From: Octopus vulgaris | Lineage: Eukaryota | Direction of reading: 5' to 3' | DNA length: 64,000 bases | NCBI GenBank assembly: GCA_951406725.2 | Contig: OX597817.1 | Location: 133,486,001-133,550,000, forward strand | Part shown: piece by piece, positions 38,208 to 51,617 of the stretch | Position numbering within the stretch: the first letter of the stretch is position 1 | How the letters are laid out: the number at the start of each line of letters is the position of its first letter | Translations under genes and position numbers: made by a program | The notes under the pieces: model-generated | Told to the model about the DNA's origin: nothing | Seen by the model: only the letters and a program-made list of their open reading frames with translations | Database searches by the model: none

Positions 38208-39503
38208 GGATGCTGCATGCGAAGATGCAAGTAAAGAAACTCAAATCAAAAAGAATGACTGTAGTTATTTGAAGAATTAGGTGTTGAATCAGACTTTGAT
38301 GACTTTTAAGTGATAGAAATATTTGTATTTTAGTTTACCTAATAGCTTGTTTTTTGTTTTATGTGTTTTAAAATTTGCTGTGCTATTATGATGATTTCTT
38401 AAAAAAATAGAAAACAAAGAACAAGGCTATGAGTACATTCTGGAGTTACATCATATAAGAGGATTATTAATTTCAGCTATTAAAAGCAGAGCCACATCAT
38501 AACCAAATTCACATAATTTTGAATTTTACAAATACATTTGTAATTCTATTATTTAGCCTGAGTCAACTCAGATGAAGCAGAACTGTGATCAAAACCATTC
38601 TAGCACTTATTATTATCATAACTTTCACTCAGACATTATATCTATCTTGATCCCGACCTCGAGTGTATCCTTCCTTCTCTAAAAAGATGGCAGAATGTGA
38701 TTTAAGGGAGGTTTGACTGCTACTTCTAACAGACCAAACAACCACTTAGAGGCTTCCTTCTTTGAAGTATTTTTCAAGTAATATTTACATTTGAACATTT
38801 GCAAAAAATTGTTTACAGTGGTACAATCTAAAATATGTGCCTGGGAATAATGATGTACTTGTACATTATTTAGTTTTAGTAACCTATACTGCAAATTTAA
38901 ATACCATTGGGGTCATCTTTGCCTTTCATCATTATAGCCTTGATAGAACAAGTGTCAGTAATATACTGAAGATGAGTCAAATGACTGTGATCTCTCCTCA
39001 ACCCAAATTAGTAATGTGTCTCATCGAAATAAAATCAATATTTTTATATATTTATGTGTATGTATAAAAACTCACATTATACCTATGCAGGAAATCCGTG
39101 TGAATGTATGTTTGCAAGTGTATGTATACATTGAGCAAAAGTTGCTTTTAGATAGGAATACAGATATGTATGTAGCAAATAGAGCAGAGAAATATGGCAA
39201 AAAAAGCAAACTTTTATACTTATAAAATCCAAATAATTAAATTATATATAATTTATTTTACATTTATTTTTCTATGTTGGTATGTGTTGAACAGAAAAAG
39301 ATTCATTCATGACTATATTTTATGGTTCTTGTTACCAAACTTTACTTGTTTTTCATGGTATCATATACTCAACTAGTCTTTGAAAGCACAGAGATACAGG
39401 ATGCAGTGTGTTTGCAGGGAATGTAAATATGACATCACCATATTGCTCAAGATGACATGTGAAAATGCAGAATGTCAACAGTCATGCACATACACACACA
39501 TCA

Positions 39504-39542
<39 letters not shown>

Positions 39543-39899
39543 GGATGTCTCGGTACTGGATGTTTGTTAGCCTCATGCATATACACAGCTTATATAGATA
39601 ACACAATGCAGATAATACACAATCAACAAAGTTAATTAATCAGCATGTCATATAGGTTGTTCCATATCAAATTCAATGGAAACTCCAATAACATGAGAAC
39701 TTCTATACAACTCCAAATTTTGGCAACAATAATTGCTAACTTTGTGATTATAAAACCATTGGCTGTAGGGAATGGAGTAAGTTGATATGTACTACATATT
39801 TTAGCAAGGAAAAGCCAAGCAGAAGTTATGTAACTTTAGGTCATTACATTCACATTCAGTTCCCTTTTATTCAAATACTTTTATTTAGATTTAACGAAC

Positions 39900-40225
39900 C
39901 AAGAAGAAATTACTATTCTAAAGACAGTAGAAAGATGGGTGGAAGCAAGGCTTGGTTAAGCAAACAGCAAAATTCCTTATCAGCTAGAAAGCCACATTTG
40001 AGATGAAAGGGGTGGCCTAAGGAGGTCAGCTTCTTAAAGGAAAAATTGTGGTCAGCGGGGGAGAAATGGGGAGCAAACAAAGGGGATGAATATTTATCAA
40101 TGCAGAGTAATAAAGTTGAAGCTAAGGTGCCGAGGTATAAAGAGGAGTAAAAGGGAGAAATAACATTAAGGATATGCAATCAAGACTCATTAGCAAGATA
40201 AACGATCTCAGAAAGTCCTACATGC
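39900..40225 (-). mobile_element. Penelope-like GIY-YIG remnant
   Basis: NVISPFYSSLYLGT (cf. NVIY...LYIGET) and PLFAPHFSPADH (cf. PVA.HF...H). Confidence 0.45.
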
Positions 40226-40330
40226 AAACACTGAAATAAGAAATAAACAACATAAAATAAATTTATACAAGAACTCAAATGTATATTAAACTTATGTAGC
40301 ATGTATGTACCTACGCTATTCCCTATACCC

Positions 40331-40334
<4 letters not shown>

Positions 40335-40384
<50 letters not shown>

Positions 40385-40455
40385 ATATATATATATATAC
40401 ATGTACATGTATGTATATATATATCTATATATCTACATGTACATGTATATATATG

Positions 40456-40490
<35 letters not shown>

Positions 40491-40555
40491 GTATATACAT
40501 ATGTATATATATATATATGTATATATGTCCATGTATATATGTATTCTTATATATA
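40335..40555. repeat. Degenerate (TA)n/(TACA)n microsatellite
   Basis: Direct reading. Confidence 0.95.
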
Positions 40556-40559
40556 TTAT

Positions 40560-42030
40560 TCTTAAACAAGAATAACAAAAAATATATTGAAGTGATTTTG
40601 CATCAGATTGACAAAACTGGGTGAAAACTTCAAAGTCACTTCAAAGTTATTCCTGTTAAAGAATGAAATAAGTAAAACATTAAAAAAAAAACCAAATCCT
40701 TTGATCATAATTAATCAATTTGCATTAAATTTAAGATTGAAGAGAGAGTGGAACAACTCTTCTTATGGAAACTTTTTGTAACCTTGAAGGACCATAAAGA
40801 TAATTTTACACAAAGCCCTAGTTGTAGTGTAATAAATCTCTCAAAACATGAAATATGCATTATTAGCAAATCTAGGTAATATCAAATGACACATTAGTCT
40901 CCTCAAACTGTCCTCAGTAGATATATAGTAGTGAAACCATAGAATGATTCAAGAAAATTAAAGATAAACCCAAATGTAAATTTGTCCAGTTCAACATTGT
41001 GGAGTTTTGCCCACCAATCTTCAAACATTTCCACCAAAAATCACTGATGTTTTTTAAAGCATATACAACCATCACTAAACTGATATAGACATTATAAGGA
41101 GCACAAGGTAGTAATTGCTATTTCATGATAATATGTAATGGATGAAAAAGAATGAAGATGAACTATTTGATGTTGTTATGGGAAGCCATGGAGAACAGAT
41201 AGCAGAAATGGTCAGCCTTTACATCTTATATTTATCTAGCAATGAAATAGAAGCCAGCATAGAATTATATAACTATGATAGTCAAGGAGTAGTAGATGAC
41301 AAAAATGGACATGATATGGATGTGATAAGAAAGAAATTTTGCAAAATATTTAGTCAACTCAATTTAAAATCTACAATTAGCGCTAACCAAAGAAGTTAAT
41401 TTCCTAGACATATTATGGTATAATCATCCACATAGCATGAATGTGGAAATAAGTATTGTTAGAAAATTTCTGAAACTTATAGATACTCACTTCCCACAAC
41501 TCACAGAATCATCACAAGATCTCCAAAAAAAAAATGTGGTTAATGTTAGGTATAATTGTCTCCCCAACATAGGAGCAATTATTTTCAGTCATGAGAAGAA
41601 TGATGATATTAGGGACACCTCTCAAATATCTTGTAATTGTAAATCCACAATAAATGTCCCTTGAGCAATACATACCTGGAAAAAGAACTGGTGTCCAAGT
41701 TCAGCACTACAGACTTGAACAGAAAAGCAAAACCTTACACTGGAATGACAGGAAACACTTTCAAGAGGAGATATATGCAGCACTTGGCTTTGTTCCAGTT
41801 TAAGAACAAAAGTCATACAACATTTTTATTTAACATAGTATGGACCCTTAACGAGAGCTTAGACCAAACCCATATAAATTGGAGTACCATAGCTAAGGCC
41901 AACAAAGATAGGAGACAAGGTAGCAAATGTGATCACAGGAAAGTTAAATACCGTAACATTAACAGTGAACATTTTGAACATCATGAAAGAAACATTCTCT
42001 TGCATGCATAAACAGCAATCATACTTTGAA
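40560..42030 (+). mobile_element. Penelope-like retroelement pseudogene (RT plus C-terminal GIY-YIG), Naiad-like, internally deleted
   Basis: IDKTG, FVTLKDHKDNF, KFVQFNIVEFCPPI, FDVVMGSHG.QIAEMVSLYIL, ILWYNHPHS...FLKLIDTHFP, CNCKST.KCPL, YTGMTGNTFKRRYMQH, INWSTIAKA; multiple stops and frameshifts. Confidence 0.9.
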
Positions 42031-44599
42031 GGTTCAAGCATAACCCCTCACCCACCTTGTCACTCATCCAACCTAGGTAAATATTTGAATATCGATTATA
42101 TGCACAGTATGCATTAGCCATATACTTTCAGGGAGATTTTCTTTATGCATATCACATATTCATTACATCACATGATTCACAAAAATATGTGTATATGAAC
42201 TTTATGAACTTACAACATGAGGGGCCAAGTTAGGCATCTAAAAACCTTTGAAATCTCATAAATGATAATATTCACATGTTCAAACATCAATAAAATGTAT
42301 TGGGGAGTTAATTATATATAGTGAACACAAATTTTTGTAAAAATCTAAGGCCAATGCAAGGAAAATAGCAATTAAGAAATTCTTATAAGTTACATCCACT
42401 GATATGTGTATTTATTTATTTATTCATTAATTTTGAAATCTCAGTCTTTCATAACCTTCTGTATTCTCATCCAAAATAGAAATGAGTACCAGCATTTCCA
42501 AATAAACTACTTGAATAACTTTGGATGTCTTTTCCACATGAAACCATTGGTTGCTGTGTTAATCCACAAATAAATTATATCTGTCTATCTATACACGCAC
42601 ACACACAGATGCACACACATATATGAAAGGCTTCTGTGCAGTTTCCATTTACCAATTTAACTCAGCATTGGTTACCCAACAGCTACAGCAGAGAGCAGTT
42701 GCCAAAGATGCCATACATTGTGATAGGAAAGGGGTAAACTATGTGATTATGTGAACTTTGTATGCATGCTATCATTCCACACACACACATTCATAAAAGC
42801 AACGGCTGTGGTAAATGGAGTATCCAGCATTTCAGTTATAAATCCTTCTTCAGGTAAGAGCTGATAGCAGGGAGAAATAGAAAGACAGTAGCTTGACTTC
42901 CACAATGCTTGAGAGACTACTGCTAGGCCTATCTGCTTTACCCAGAAGGATTATGTCTGAATCATTGGATACTCCATTCCTCATGGCAATTGTACTGTAG
43001 TCTTTCTGTCTCTTTTTCCAAATAACACAAGCTCTGCCAGTGAAAATCACCACCACTCTGCTTGGATTCTGTTTTTATTGATACACTTAGGGAGTGTGGA
43101 TGAGTGTTTTTTACACACAATTGGATGTGAAGTATGTAGAAAGAGTACTCAATACATGGAGTTTATACATTCAACCTTAAAGATTCACTCTGACTCCAAG
43201 TTTCTTGCTTTTATATGTTTGTTCAAGCGATAAGTAGATGAACATTATGCATGTGTGTGTGTATGTTTGTGTGTGTGTGTGAGAGAGAGAGAGTTAGTTT
43301 GGAATAGATTCCACTCTATTACTGACAGGTTTTTTTTATCAACCCTAAGTTGGATGAAAGTTTAAAGTAAACTGCATCAGGATTTGAAGACATAATTTTG
43401 TGTTATGAAACTGAATATATTTAGTTCTGAGCCATACCATTTCTATCATCTTAGTTTTCTGCTACTCTTATACTAATTATATAAACAGAATGATTGAAAG
43501 TTTTAAATGGTAGAAGGTGATTAATGTAAAATTATAGACAGAAAACAAATGAAAAAAAAAACAGCATCCAATTTGATTTCAATGAATATTTTTGAAATTG
43601 TATTGCAGAGATTATTTTGCAATTCTAATTCCGTAAAAATCTACGTAAATAACACAAAAGTAAAAAGAAAAATGATATTCAAAGCAAGAGAAATTAATTC
43701 TTTTTTGTGTAAATATTTAATAGAATTTCAACACCCTTTTCTGAGAAAGAAAAATGTATAAAATATATACATAATGAAAATATTTTCTGAGAAATTTCAG
43801 AAAATTTATTTTGTCTCAGTATTTTGTGAAAGATAGAATCTTTAGTTATTGAAAGACAAACACACTGATGCAAATATAAACAGAAATATGGACATTTATT
43901 CATAAAAATGTATGCACTGACTGGTTGTCGCTGATATAGGTAGCAAGAGAATCACCAATATTGACTGCTGTCTAAATAGGTAATAGATAATTTTGAATAA
44001 ACACATGGAACTTAGCAAAACAGTAGTGTGAGAAAACTAGCGATGTTCAGAATTCACATAAAGTAATACGAATAATTCAAACAGTAGAATAAGTTTTATG
44101 TGGTGAGAGGAAGAAGAGAAGATTAATATTTTGGCTAGAAACACCTTTGTGAGAAAGAAAAGAAGTATATTGATGGATAAATTGGGACTCAGCATTGGGG
44201 AAGATAAGGGATGGGAAGTAATGAAGAAAGAGCAAGAGGTAACAAATGCTTGTGATAGAAAGTGGAAAGGGTCCAAGAGAGATAAAGACAAAAATTATGG
44301 TAGCAACTTTGAAAAATGTTCAGTGGAGGGAGAAGAACCAACAAAAAGGAAACACTATACAGTTATGTAAAGCATGTCTTCAATTTTCCCAACTCCTTTT
44401 CATTCTGCTGAACCCTCAGAGTTCCTATTCCTGTATGCTATCATCCTTTGTAATGATGGGTTCTTTGTCCTTAAACATTTCTTCAATATCCACTTGACCC
44501 TGGCAGTTAAATCCTGCTTAGCTAAACTCTTCCTTACCCTCAACTGTTTCAACAAGGTTGGTCATTGATAGAATCCCTGAACTTTACTCTAAACACAAA

Positions 44600-44810
44600 T
44601 TCTTTTATTCCTTTATTTGTTTCAGTCCTTTGATTGTAGCCATGCTGGAGCACTGCCTTTAGTTGAACAAATCAACACCAGGACATAATCTTTGTAAGCC
44701 TAATAATTATTCTATTGGTCGCTTTTGCCAAATCACTAAGTTACAGGGATATAAACACACCAACATCAGTTGTCAAGGGATAATGGTGGGACAGACACAA
44801 ACACACAAAC
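44600..44810 (-). mobile_element. 3' half of a tRNA-derived SINE
   Basis: Homologous to 45385-45580 (TTTGTTTCAGTC.TTTGA.TGT.GC.ATGCTGGAGCACTGCC). Confidence 0.7.
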
Positions 44811-44812
44811 AT

Positions 44813-45243
44813 GGGCCTCACAGAAGCAATGATGAAATACCAAAACCTCTGGAGATATGCTGTGGTTGCGAAGACCTGGTACATAAAGTGAGTTCACAGC
44901 TGTAACTTACACCAGTGTCGCATAACCAGCCCCAGCCCACTCAAAATTACCTTGGATTGTAGGGTGACATGCTGTGCTTGAGGAGACCTATTAAGTCAAG
45001 TACATCAAAATCAAATGGAAATTGGAGTTTTGATCCCCATGCCGGTGGCACAGAAAAAGCACCATCTGAACATGGCCGATGCCATTGCTGACTTGACTGG
45101 CTTCTGTGCCAGTGGCACGTAAAAAGCACCAACTGATCATGGTCATTGCCAGCCTCCTCTGGCCCCTGTGTTGGTGGCATGTAAAAAGCACCTACTACAC
45201 TCTCAGAGTGGTTGGCATTAGCAAGGGCATCCAGCTGTAGAAT
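44813..45243 (+). mobile_element. RTE 3' UTR fragment, 3'-truncated
   Basis: Collinear with 51122-51617. Confidence 0.85.
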
Positions 45244-45384
45244 ATGGATAAAACTGGATTTCATTCAGTTGGCCACTTTTGTGTGCTCTTTTATGATGTT
45301 TGTTATAATACTCAAGCAATTTCCAAATTGTTAGCCAAACATTATTATTTATCTAACCATTCCCAAATTATTAATTTCTTTATT

Positions 45385-46155
45385 GTTTTATTTGTTTCAG
45401 TCATTTGACTGTGGCTATGCTGGAGCACTGCCTGTATTTGAGCAAATCAACCCTAGGACTTATTCTTTGTAATCCTAGTACTTATTTTATCAGTCTCTTT
45501 TGCCAAACCACTAAGTTATGGGGACATAAACACAACAACATCAGTTGTCCACTGATGGTGGGCGACAAACATAGACACACAAATGTATATATGTATAGTG
45601 GAAGCGCAATGGCCCAGTGGTTAGGGCAGCTGACTCACAATCATAGTGTCATGGTTTCAATTCCCAGACCGGGCGTTGTGAGTATTTATCCAGCGAAAAT
45701 ACCTAAAGTTCCACGAGGCTCTGGCAGGGGGTGGTGGTGAACCCTGCTGTGTTGTTTCTCCACAACTTTCTCTCACTCTTTCTTCCTCTTTCTGTTGTAC
45801 CTGTATTTCAAAGAGCTGGCCTTGTTACGCTTGGTGTCATGCTGAATCTCCCTGAAAACTACATTAAGAGTACATGTGTATGTGGCGTACTCAACCACTT
45901 GCATGTTAATTTCACAAGCAGGCAGTTCCGTCAATCGGATCAACTGGAACCCTCGTTGCCATAACCAGCAGAGTGCCACAATATATATAAGATGGGCTTC
46001 TTTCAGTTTCTCTCTACCAAATCCACTCACAAGCCTTTGGTTGGCTCAAGGCTATAGTAGAAGACACTTTCCCAAGGTGCCATGCAGTGGGACTGAACCC
46101 ATAACCATGTGGTTGGGAAAGAAGCCTCTTACTACACCACCACACTTGTGCCTAT
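45385..46155 (-). mobile_element. Bipartite tRNA-derived SINE with a second SINE nested in its central microsatellite
   Basis: 45990-46155 is the reverse complement of the head seen at 58377-58540; 45385-45580 is the distal half. Confidence 0.7.
45598..45980 (+). mobile_element. tRNA-derived SINE
   Basis: A box TGGCCCAGTGGTTAGG and B box GGTTTCAATTCCC, followed by a roughly 300 bp non-tRNA body. Confidence 0.75.
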
Positions 46156-46485
46156 ATACAGCTATGTCTTTTTTCTCCTCCCAACTTGGTTATAGTAGCT
46201 CAAAGTATCCTTTGTCCTCTAGTTGTAACTCTATACACACATGTATCTGTTTCTTTTGTTGATACCATACAATTATTTTAGCCATGAAGTCTGCCATTTC
46301 TATATTAGAGGTTGTTTTGTCCAATGTGTCCTTTCATTTTTAAGACATTTGCATTTTATTCAAAAGTAATTTCACTTCCATTTCCAGCTTATAGAGTAAT
46401 CTCATGGAAGCCTTACATTTGTAGCTGTACATGTCTAGGAAAACATGCATGTGTGTATGCAGACATGCATGTGAGTATATCTATA

Positions 46486-46927
46486 CAGTAATCCCTTGAC
46501 TATCGCGGGTGTTATGTTCCAAAACCTCTCCCCAAAATATAAATACCTAATGGCCACAGGAACCTGTGATATGAATTTACATACATAGCCTTGATTGGCT
46601 CCTGTGCCAGTAGCATGTAAAAAGCACCATATGAACATGGCCAGTGCCAGTGCCACCTGACTGGCTTCCGTGCTGGTGGCATGTAAAACGTGTCCACTAC
46701 ACTCTCGGAGTGATTGGCATTAGGAAGGGCATCAAGCTGTAGAAACATTGCCAGATCAGACTGAAGCCTGGTGCAGCTTCCTGGCTGGCTAGTCCCCAGT
46801 CAAACTGTCCAACCTATACCAGCATGGAAAATGGATGTTAAACAATGATGATGATGATAATAGCCAGAAAAATCCACAATGTACTGAGTGCACAATAGGT
46901 GAACCATGATATGGGAAGGGATTTCTG
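46486..46927. mobile_element. pogo/Tigger-like MITE containing an RTE 3' fragment (46590-46858, +)
   Basis: TA|CAGTAATCCCTT ... AAGGGATTTCTG|TA termini. Confidence 0.65.
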
Positions 46928-47942
46928 TATATGAATATATACAGCGTGTGCCTGTATATACACAACTTTGGAAAGTCAAAAATGGAAGATGACCTAACAG
47001 AATGTTACACAGAACATGGTGCTAGTTGAACATGTGTGCCATTTTTCTGAAAATATATCGTGTTAGTGCTATCTAATATCTTTATTGGATCTGTCAGAGT
47101 GTCCGACTCATGTCTGTATGGAAAATGGACATCAAAAACTGAAAATAAAGATTATTTTTTCTTGTATTTTGTTTAGTTTTCAATTATCTATTGCATGGTA
47201 TGTGTGTGTGTGAATGTGTGCTTCACTAAATACACAACTCTGTTAAAAGTTTCATTTTTTAATTTTAGAATTTTAATAGTTTCTTATTAGCTTTACAGTT
47301 GGTTTGGAACAATAAAGTTCTTTAACCCATATCTGACATTTGACACTTTCACAGTCTCCTTTTCAAGAACTGAATTGAATATATTTGGCATCTGTGTTGT
47401 CTCTTATTTACTGATTGAATTCATGTAGAGTTAGTAGATACATGCTAACTTTTTGATGTGTGTGTTTGTATGTTAATTTTGACACTGTAATGCGAGATGA
47501 GTATGGTTTGTGTGGAGTTTTGTAATGTATTTTCTTCTAATATTTTTTATATCTCATTTTGTTTCATGGTGTATGGTGTAATGTTGTACAATAGCTTCAT
47601 GTTGTAAGTGCATGATGAAGCAATGTGAGAGTGTTGTACTGGTCTGTCCAGTGTAACAGCTACTGACCTGAAGTTTGCAATTTCAAGTTTTACTTTTCAG
47701 ATTTGTAGACCACATTGGCCAGCCCTCATAAACAAAAGCATAAAATGCATTACATCCAACCATAAAATTAAAGTAATGATATATTACAAATACAGCAAAT
47801 ACACCAAAGACATCTTTATCAATAACACACTACAAACATGTGAGACTGAGCAAACTGTGGATGTCCAACATACCCTCATCTGACCCTTGCAAACATGTTA
47901 AAACTATGATTAGGATTTCCCTGTGTCTGTCAGTATATTTAT

Positions 47943-48142
47943 TATCATCATCATCATCATTTAACGTCTGTTGTCCATGTTAGCAGGACTGGTTATCTGA
48001 GGGGCTGCACCAGACTCCAGTCTGATTTGACATGGTTTCTACAGCTGGATGCCCTTCTTAATGCCAACCACTTTATTAAGTGTAATGGGTGCTTTTACAT
48101 GCAACTGGCACAAGTACCAGTTGCATAGCACCAGTATCTGCC
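47943..48142 (-). mobile_element. RTE 3' end fragment
   Basis: (CAT)nTTAACGTC...TTTCTACAGCTGGATGCCCTT. Confidence 0.8.
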
Positions 48143-48212
48143 ATGTATGTATATGTATATTTGTGTGTGTGTATATATATATATATAATATAATATAAAT
48201 AATATCTCTATC

Positions 48213-48258
48213 TATATGCATATATACAAACGTATATGCACATACTTACATCTATACG

Positions 48259-48294
<36 letters not shown>

Positions 48295-48899
48295 CATATG
48301 TGGGCACAGGACGTCATGAAACATGTACAACAAAAATACGAAGCATGAGTTCATGGAACATGAAATATTCTTTCGAACAACGAAAGACACAAATGGAAAA
48401 CAATACAAACAACATAAATACGACCCTTCATCAATATTTGGCTGTTTTTCTAGTCTTGTATTTCGAGTATTTAACAACAATATATGCTTTTGATAAAACA
48501 GTTACTCCTGCAAAGCAAATTAAATAAAATTTGAGATTTTGCTGAGGGTCAAAATTGGTAACACAAACAGGATAGTGTAAACAAACAGGAAGGGCTGCTA
48601 AACCGAAATGAGGAGGTGGTGGTGAACGTGTAAATCAAGCTAGGACAGGAGACAAACAAGAACATGTCTTCCTTGTTCCAGCTACAACGGAGAGTTGCGG
48701 GAGCAACTGTTTTATCGAAAGCGGATGTTGTTGTTAAATGCTCAAAATACTTGACTCAAAAAACAGCCAACAACTGATGAAGGGTCGTTCTTTATGTTGT
48801 TTGTTTTGTTTTCCATTTGTGTCTTTCGTTGTTTGAATGAATAGTTCATGTTCCATGTACTCGTGCTTCGTACTTTTTTGTTGTACACGTGCCCACATA

Positions 48900-48931
<32 letters not shown>

Positions 48932-48978
48932 CGTATAGATGTAAGTATATACATATACGTTTGTATATATGCATATAT
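48213..48978. repeat. Long inverted repeat: arms 48213-48513 and 48695-48978
   Basis: Arms align as reverse complements; the near-identical ORF translations 48300+ and 48742- show the same. Confidence 0.9.
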
Positions 48979-50744
48979 ATATATCATTTATATTATTATA
49001 TGACTGAACGCTATGCATCTTCTTCCAAGTAAGTTTTATCTATATCTATCTATCTATCTGTCTGCATGTATGTGTATATATATATATATATATATAATCC
49101 CTTGTTCAAGCAGAAGAAGCAAGTGAAGAAATAACTAACTGGAGAGCATTGTCCCTGATTTGGACAACAGAATAAAAGTAATCAACCCTTCAGGGATTTA
49201 ATAAAGATATTGATTTGAAATTCCAAGAACCTGTCTGGATGAGATTCATTTACATTGTAATATTAACTGATATAAGCACGGCAGACTTGGCAAGAAGACT
49301 ACATTGTCATATCTGTTTGCGATCCTTTTATGTTCTCCATTCAAATTACTGAGCAACTCAATATTGCTTTTCATCCTCAACTAAAGTTGACTAAATAAGT
49401 ACCATTATTGAACAAGATTCTACTCCCGGAAATTGAAGATTCAGTAATTTGAGTGCTGCGAGTTGGTAGAAATGTTAGTGCGCTGGTCTACATGCACTAA
49501 CATTTCTATATTGAGAGTTCAAATCCTACAGGTATCTATTTTCCATTATTCACCACAGAGGGATGGAAATGGAGCACTATAGAGTTGATTCAATCAATTA
49601 CATCCTTTTCTTGTAAAAAGTGGTTATCAGCAAATTGGTCTTTTATCAGAAATCAATATTAACTGGTATAAAAAAATCATATCTAGACTGTATTTGAAGC
49701 CAGTTATGGCAATGTCTCTGTTTTCTAATAGCTGTCATGCCTTTTGTTGTCAGCTAATGTTACATGGTCCAAATTCACTTTCAGATATTTTTCACTCTTC
49801 TTTCATTCTTTTGAGTTAGTTTACAAACTTCATTCATGTGGTAATGGCAAAAAGATTTTTCAGACTGATAACACTCTGAAAAAGGCTTTCAATGATATTG
49901 ATAATAACTCATCTCAGCCATTCAGGCTTATAATCCATTTATGTGGATATCCTTGCAACAATATAAAGTATCATGAGTGTGCAATGAGACATTAAAAGAG
50001 AATGAGATACAAATAGAAATAACTATTAAAGAGATAGAAGGGGAAAACTGTGGAGCACAATAGAGGGTAGAAAAGAGGGAGTTTATATGAGAACAAATGT
50101 TTCAAATTGCCACAATCTCAACAACAATGACTGGTATGAAGAAATTCTAAAGTATGAGTATTAGAGAGATTAGGACTCTGCAAGACCCGATGTAGACAAC
50201 CTGTATAACTGAACAGTAGTAATAGTAATAGTTCTGTTTTGAGCCCTAGGACTCATCAAGCCGGGTACCTGGTTTCCATGCCATAATATGTGACTAAGGT
50301 TACAACAGGACAGTTTCAGGTCAGCAAATCTTGTTCATTGGAAATCATGTTTGAAGGTTGAATGTAATCACTCATAATTATGTTTGTACAACATCTCTGG
50401 GTATGAAGTTCTTCAAGAATCAACTGGAACCATGCCAGGACTAGTCAATATGTCAATCTGTACACATTGTAGACTACATTGTCAGAATTTGATGGGATTC
50501 ATTACAGATGTTTTGAATTGTCATATTTACATACACATATGATATATATATATATTTATTTGGGCCTCCAAAAGTCAAGATTGTCATTGTAACTTTGCAT
50601 GAATGGCAGTTGTCCCCTCTTCAAACCATTGTGAAAGGCCAGTGACAGTTTGGCACAAGTGTTGCTTCAGGTATTGCTATTAGAATGCGAAGAGCTGGAT
50701 TGAATACTTTTAGATTACCAATCTGCATTAACACACATATAAAT

Positions 50745-50774
<30 letters not shown>

Positions 50775-50777
<3 letters not shown>

Positions 50778-51065
50778 ATTCCTCTCTGTCAATTCCTTGA
50801 TATTGCTCAACCTGCTCATTCGTCTTCCTTCATGATAATGCTTATACCTCTTTTACCAGTTTAGTTTATGCAAGATCATATTCATTTGAGCTAGGGTATC
50901 ATGTTACATGACAAACTATTTCAAACTCTTAGCATTTGACTGAAGAGCTTCAGGTTTGTAGATTCCCATTATTTCCTTTCTTAATGTTCATTTGTCCAGT
51001 GGTATATTTTTGGAATGCAGAGCTTCTATAACATTTCATTTCAAAAGCCATGGTCTTTTTCTTAC
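50775..51065 (-). mobile_element. RTE/BovB-like LINE C-terminal remnant (distinct family)
   Basis: KKTMAFEMKCYR ... CHVT ... NIKELT pattern. Confidence 0.55.
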
Positions 51066-51121
51066 TATTGACATAAGTGTACATGCTTACATACATACAT
51101 ATATATATTTGTGTGTGTGTG

Positions 51122-51617
51122 TGACTGAGAAGACCCGGCAAATAAAGTGAGTCTACTGCTGTAACCTACATCAGTGTCGCATAACCAGCCCACTCAAAAG
51201 TACCTTGGATCATAGAGCGACATGCCGTGCTTGAGGAGATCTTATTGAGTCAAGTACATCAACAGCAATATCAAAATCAAATCAAATGGAAATTGTAGCT
51301 GTGAGCCCCATGCCGGTAGCATGTAAAAAACACCATCCAAACGTGGCCAATGCCAGTGCCGCTTTGACTGGCTTCCATGCCGGTGGCATGTAAAAGCACC
51401 ATCTGATCGTGGTTGATGCCAGCTCCTCAGGTCCCTGTGCTGGTGGCACATAAAAAGCTCCCACTACACCCTCAGAGTGGTTGGCGTTAGGAAGGGCATC
51501 CAGCTGTAGAAACTCTGCCAGATCAGATTGGAGCCTGGTGCAGCATCCTGGCTTCCCAGACCCCAGTCGAACCGTCCAACCCATGCTAGCATGGAAAACG
51601 GATGTTAAATGATGATG
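51122..51617 (+). mobile_element. RTE 3' UTR fragment
   Basis: Family terminus CCATGCTAGCATGGAAAACGGATGTTAAATGATGATG. Confidence 0.9.

Noticed and set aside
39070-39095. 7-nt minus-strand cassette TAG|GTATAAT|GTGAGT
   Set aside because: Frameshifting length and weak tract; within chance expectation
40560-42030. Selenocysteine recoding in the Naiad-like element
   Set aside because: The Cys positions I could read are TGT/TGC or missense, and the TGA I examined replaces Trp; no evidence in this copy
44131-44370. 79-aa Lys/Glu-rich ORF
   Set aside because: Purine-rich low-complexity sequence with no motif and no true ATG start
45598-45675. Possible tRNA gene
   Set aside because: Has A and B boxes but no convincing cloverleaf and continues into a SINE body
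48765-48810. Hammerhead ribozyme at CTGATGA (also CTGAGGA near 58060)
   Set aside because: No correctly placed GAAA after a stem II; catalytic core incomplete
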